Notes under the pieces: model-generated | The model's database searches: none | The model's input: the letters and a program-made list of their open reading frames with translations, nothing else | Told to the model about the DNA's origin: nothing | Shown: positions 61,836 through 64,000 of the stretch, piece after piece | How positions within the stretch are numbered: position 1 is the stretch's first letter | How the letters are laid out: each line of letters begins with the position of its first letter | DNA from: Macrostomum hystrix | Taxonomy: Eukaryota; Animalia; Platyhelminthes | Length of the DNA stretch: 64,000 bases | Reading direction: 5' to 3' | Assembly: GCA_950097015.1 (NCBI GenBank) | Contig: CATNEN010000039.1 | Span: 4,960,001 to 5,024,000, forward strand | Position numbers and translations under genes: made by a program

Positions 61836-63752
61836 TTACAGCGAACTGTTTTCTATTTTATCATATTGAGCATCTCGTTTTGCTGTAGAAATTGCAGTTC
61901 CGTCATACACAGTCTTTACTGCCACACCTTCCGATCGAATGACGCTCAATAGTCCATCAGCGCGAGCTGCATCTTCTTCGGTCTCATCGATGTGCCTATC
62001 TGAGGTGCCGCCGCACAGGACCTCCGCAAGTGCCAGATAAAAAAGCTCAACTATTTCGACGGCAAAAGTGAGCGTCACTCCAAGCGTCAGAGTGCCGATT
62101 CCGCCCAGCCGGCTGACTAGCGCACTCAGCGAGATGACGGGCTTCTCAGATTTTTGCGTTGTGACGAAGGTCTCCCTCACAATGGTCACCATCGCCATGC
62201 CTTCATCGGAAGCAGAACGAGCGTCGGTCCAATTTCCATCAGCACCATCGGTAAAGAATTCATTCAGCAGGTTTGTGTCCTCCGGCGTAGGTTCGATCTC
62301 GCTGCTCAAGATGGCTGTGACGCGCTTCATCCAGTGCAACTGCGACCCCAGCGGACGCCAGTCGCTGTTCGATTGCTCGATCTTGGGATTCGGGTGTGGA
62401 TCGAGTAATTAATTGCATGGTTCAATTGATGCAGCGGATTAGTAACTAATCTGATATGAAGCACGTGCACATGCAGTATCTCCTCCAAGGGATCATTGAC
62501 ATTGTGATTTCTATGGCTTGGCATGCTATAAAAAGCGAACGTCATTTTAACATCGTCGAAAGCTTACTGAATATCGCCATCGAATGCATCGCTGACGGCA
62601 GGCAGTATCATCGCCGGGCTCCGAGTAGACCCTCTCCAGGCTGATGTTCCTGGCGCATGCAATCCTCGCCAGCATCAAATCAGCCGCAGCCACGCCGTCG
62701 CCTTCAGGTAGGCGGCTGCAGAACGGCTTGGTGGCTTCTGGCGGTCGAGGATTCAGATGAAACGCCGACGTACAGTTGCAGTGCTGAGAAATGAACTGGC
62801 TGATTTGCTGTGCAATACAGGAGCTCTGTGTGTAACGAAAGTCGATCTCGCCATTCTGCGTAATTCGCGGCGCCGCGTGCATTATCTCGCCGGAGTGCAT
62901 GCAGTCAGTCTTCGGGCTCTGGTAGCTAACGTGCCGCTCAGTGGTGTAGCGGATTGTACTGGCAGTGCCCAGCTGCACCCTGTACTGCTCTGCATCCGTG
63001 TCCGGATAAGTTCCGGGCTCATGCAGAACAATCACCAGACCAGCCGCTTGGTCAAACAGATTGTACACCTGATCACTAAGACCATTTTCAATTTGACCGC
63101 CACCGGAGATCACCATGGAGACACTGCTGACGTAGTTGGGATCCTTAGCCACCTCTAGTGTGTAGCAATTAAAGTAGAGCGGGTGCTGGATACGCCTGAC
63201 GCGGTGCTGGCAGGAGTCCTCGTGAGCCACAGACGGATTCGTGTTGTGGCTGTGGCGCATCACGCAGAACAGCAGCAGGTCGCTCTGCTCGTGGCCCAGC
63301 AGGGCGATCTGGTCTCGCTCCAAGCTCTGGTAGTATCCGGACAGCCGGTCGCTCTGGAAGACCTCCCGGGCGTCCTTGTAGCGGCCCTGGGCCAGCAGGT
63401 CACGCATGACGCCACGAACTCGGCTAGAAAAGTTTGCCGGACTTGGCGCGGTGCCGTTCGACCACAGGCTGACGGCGCGACGGCTGAACGGCTGGTGCGA
63501 GCAGATCGTGACGCTGGGGAACGGACTCGGATGCTTCACCAGCTGGTCCGTCTGCTGGCTGACGTGGTACTGGAAGTATTCGAACACCAGCGAGTAGCAG
63601 CTCAGGCAGAGCACGCAGAGCATGCTCAGGATAAAAGCGGCCCACAGCAGGCGCTGGAAGGGCCTCTGGTCGGGTCTGGCCAGCTTGGCGAAGCCTCTCA
63701 AACTGGTGCTGGCGATGAACAACCGGAGGATCTTGCCCACCCGGCTCGGCAT
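61836..63752 (-). CDS. DEG/ENaC family sodium channel subunit, about 576 aa; join(63752..62568, 62381..61836)
   Basis: TM1 RLLWAAFIL, FPSVTICS, YFNCYT, GLVIVLHEPG, Cys-rich thumb (CNC..FC..CRQRC), TM2 LGGIGTLTLGVTL..VEIVE. Donor GTAAGC; acceptor CCCAAG joins RWRYS|IEQSNSDWRP. Confidence 0.9.
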
Positions 63753-64000
63753 GACTGCGAGAGAGCTGCTGTCCGTGTGGCTCTCTGCTCGCAACGACTA
63801 TGCGGCTATGAGACAGCAGTGCAGTCCCGTCTCTATTGCTTCCTAGCGATCGAGCTGATTTATATCGACTTTAGCTATTTGATGATACAGAGTAAACGGT
63901 TAAATCTGATTGGCTCGCACAAAACACACCGTCTCGAGCTCGCGAACCCTGAGTAGTTCCGGATGTCCGAGAATATCAAACAAATTTTCTGTTTGAAAAA

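Overview
This is eukaryotic (animal) genomic DNA with GT-AG introns, GC-rich exons and AT-rich intergenic sequence. Roughly 24 kb of the 64 kb is tandem minisatellite. The style resembles the flatworm Macrostomum, which is an inference only. A co-oriented minus-strand run, in transcription order, holds a TP53INP/DOR-like gene, a complete 9-exon SPCA Ca2+/Mn2+ P-type ATPase (ATP2C1-like), two tandem PARL-like rhomboids, an SPSB3-like SPRY/SOCS gene and the first coding exon of heparan sulfate 2-O-sulfotransferase. Two tandem ABHD4/5-like hydrolases follow on the plus strand. The minus strand then carries a frameshifted Crypton tyrosine-recombinase transposon, an ankyrin-repeat gene and a DEG/ENaC channel. 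Mobile DNA includes a hAT MITE with 8-bp TSD and an internal minisatellite, and several tRNA-derived SINEs. Most long ORFs in the supplied track are translations of minisatellites. The most notable observations are: (i) the second PARL paralogue has His at the catalytic Ser position and Thr at the catalytic His position; (ii) all 8 ATP2C1 coding introns carry a different minisatellite, and several intron junctions have direct repeats; (iii) the gene arrangement is operon-like, with 3' splice sites multiplied by tandem arrays; (iv) inverted SINEs flank three ATP2C1 exons. Exon boundaries were assigned by eye from splice motifs and frame continuity.
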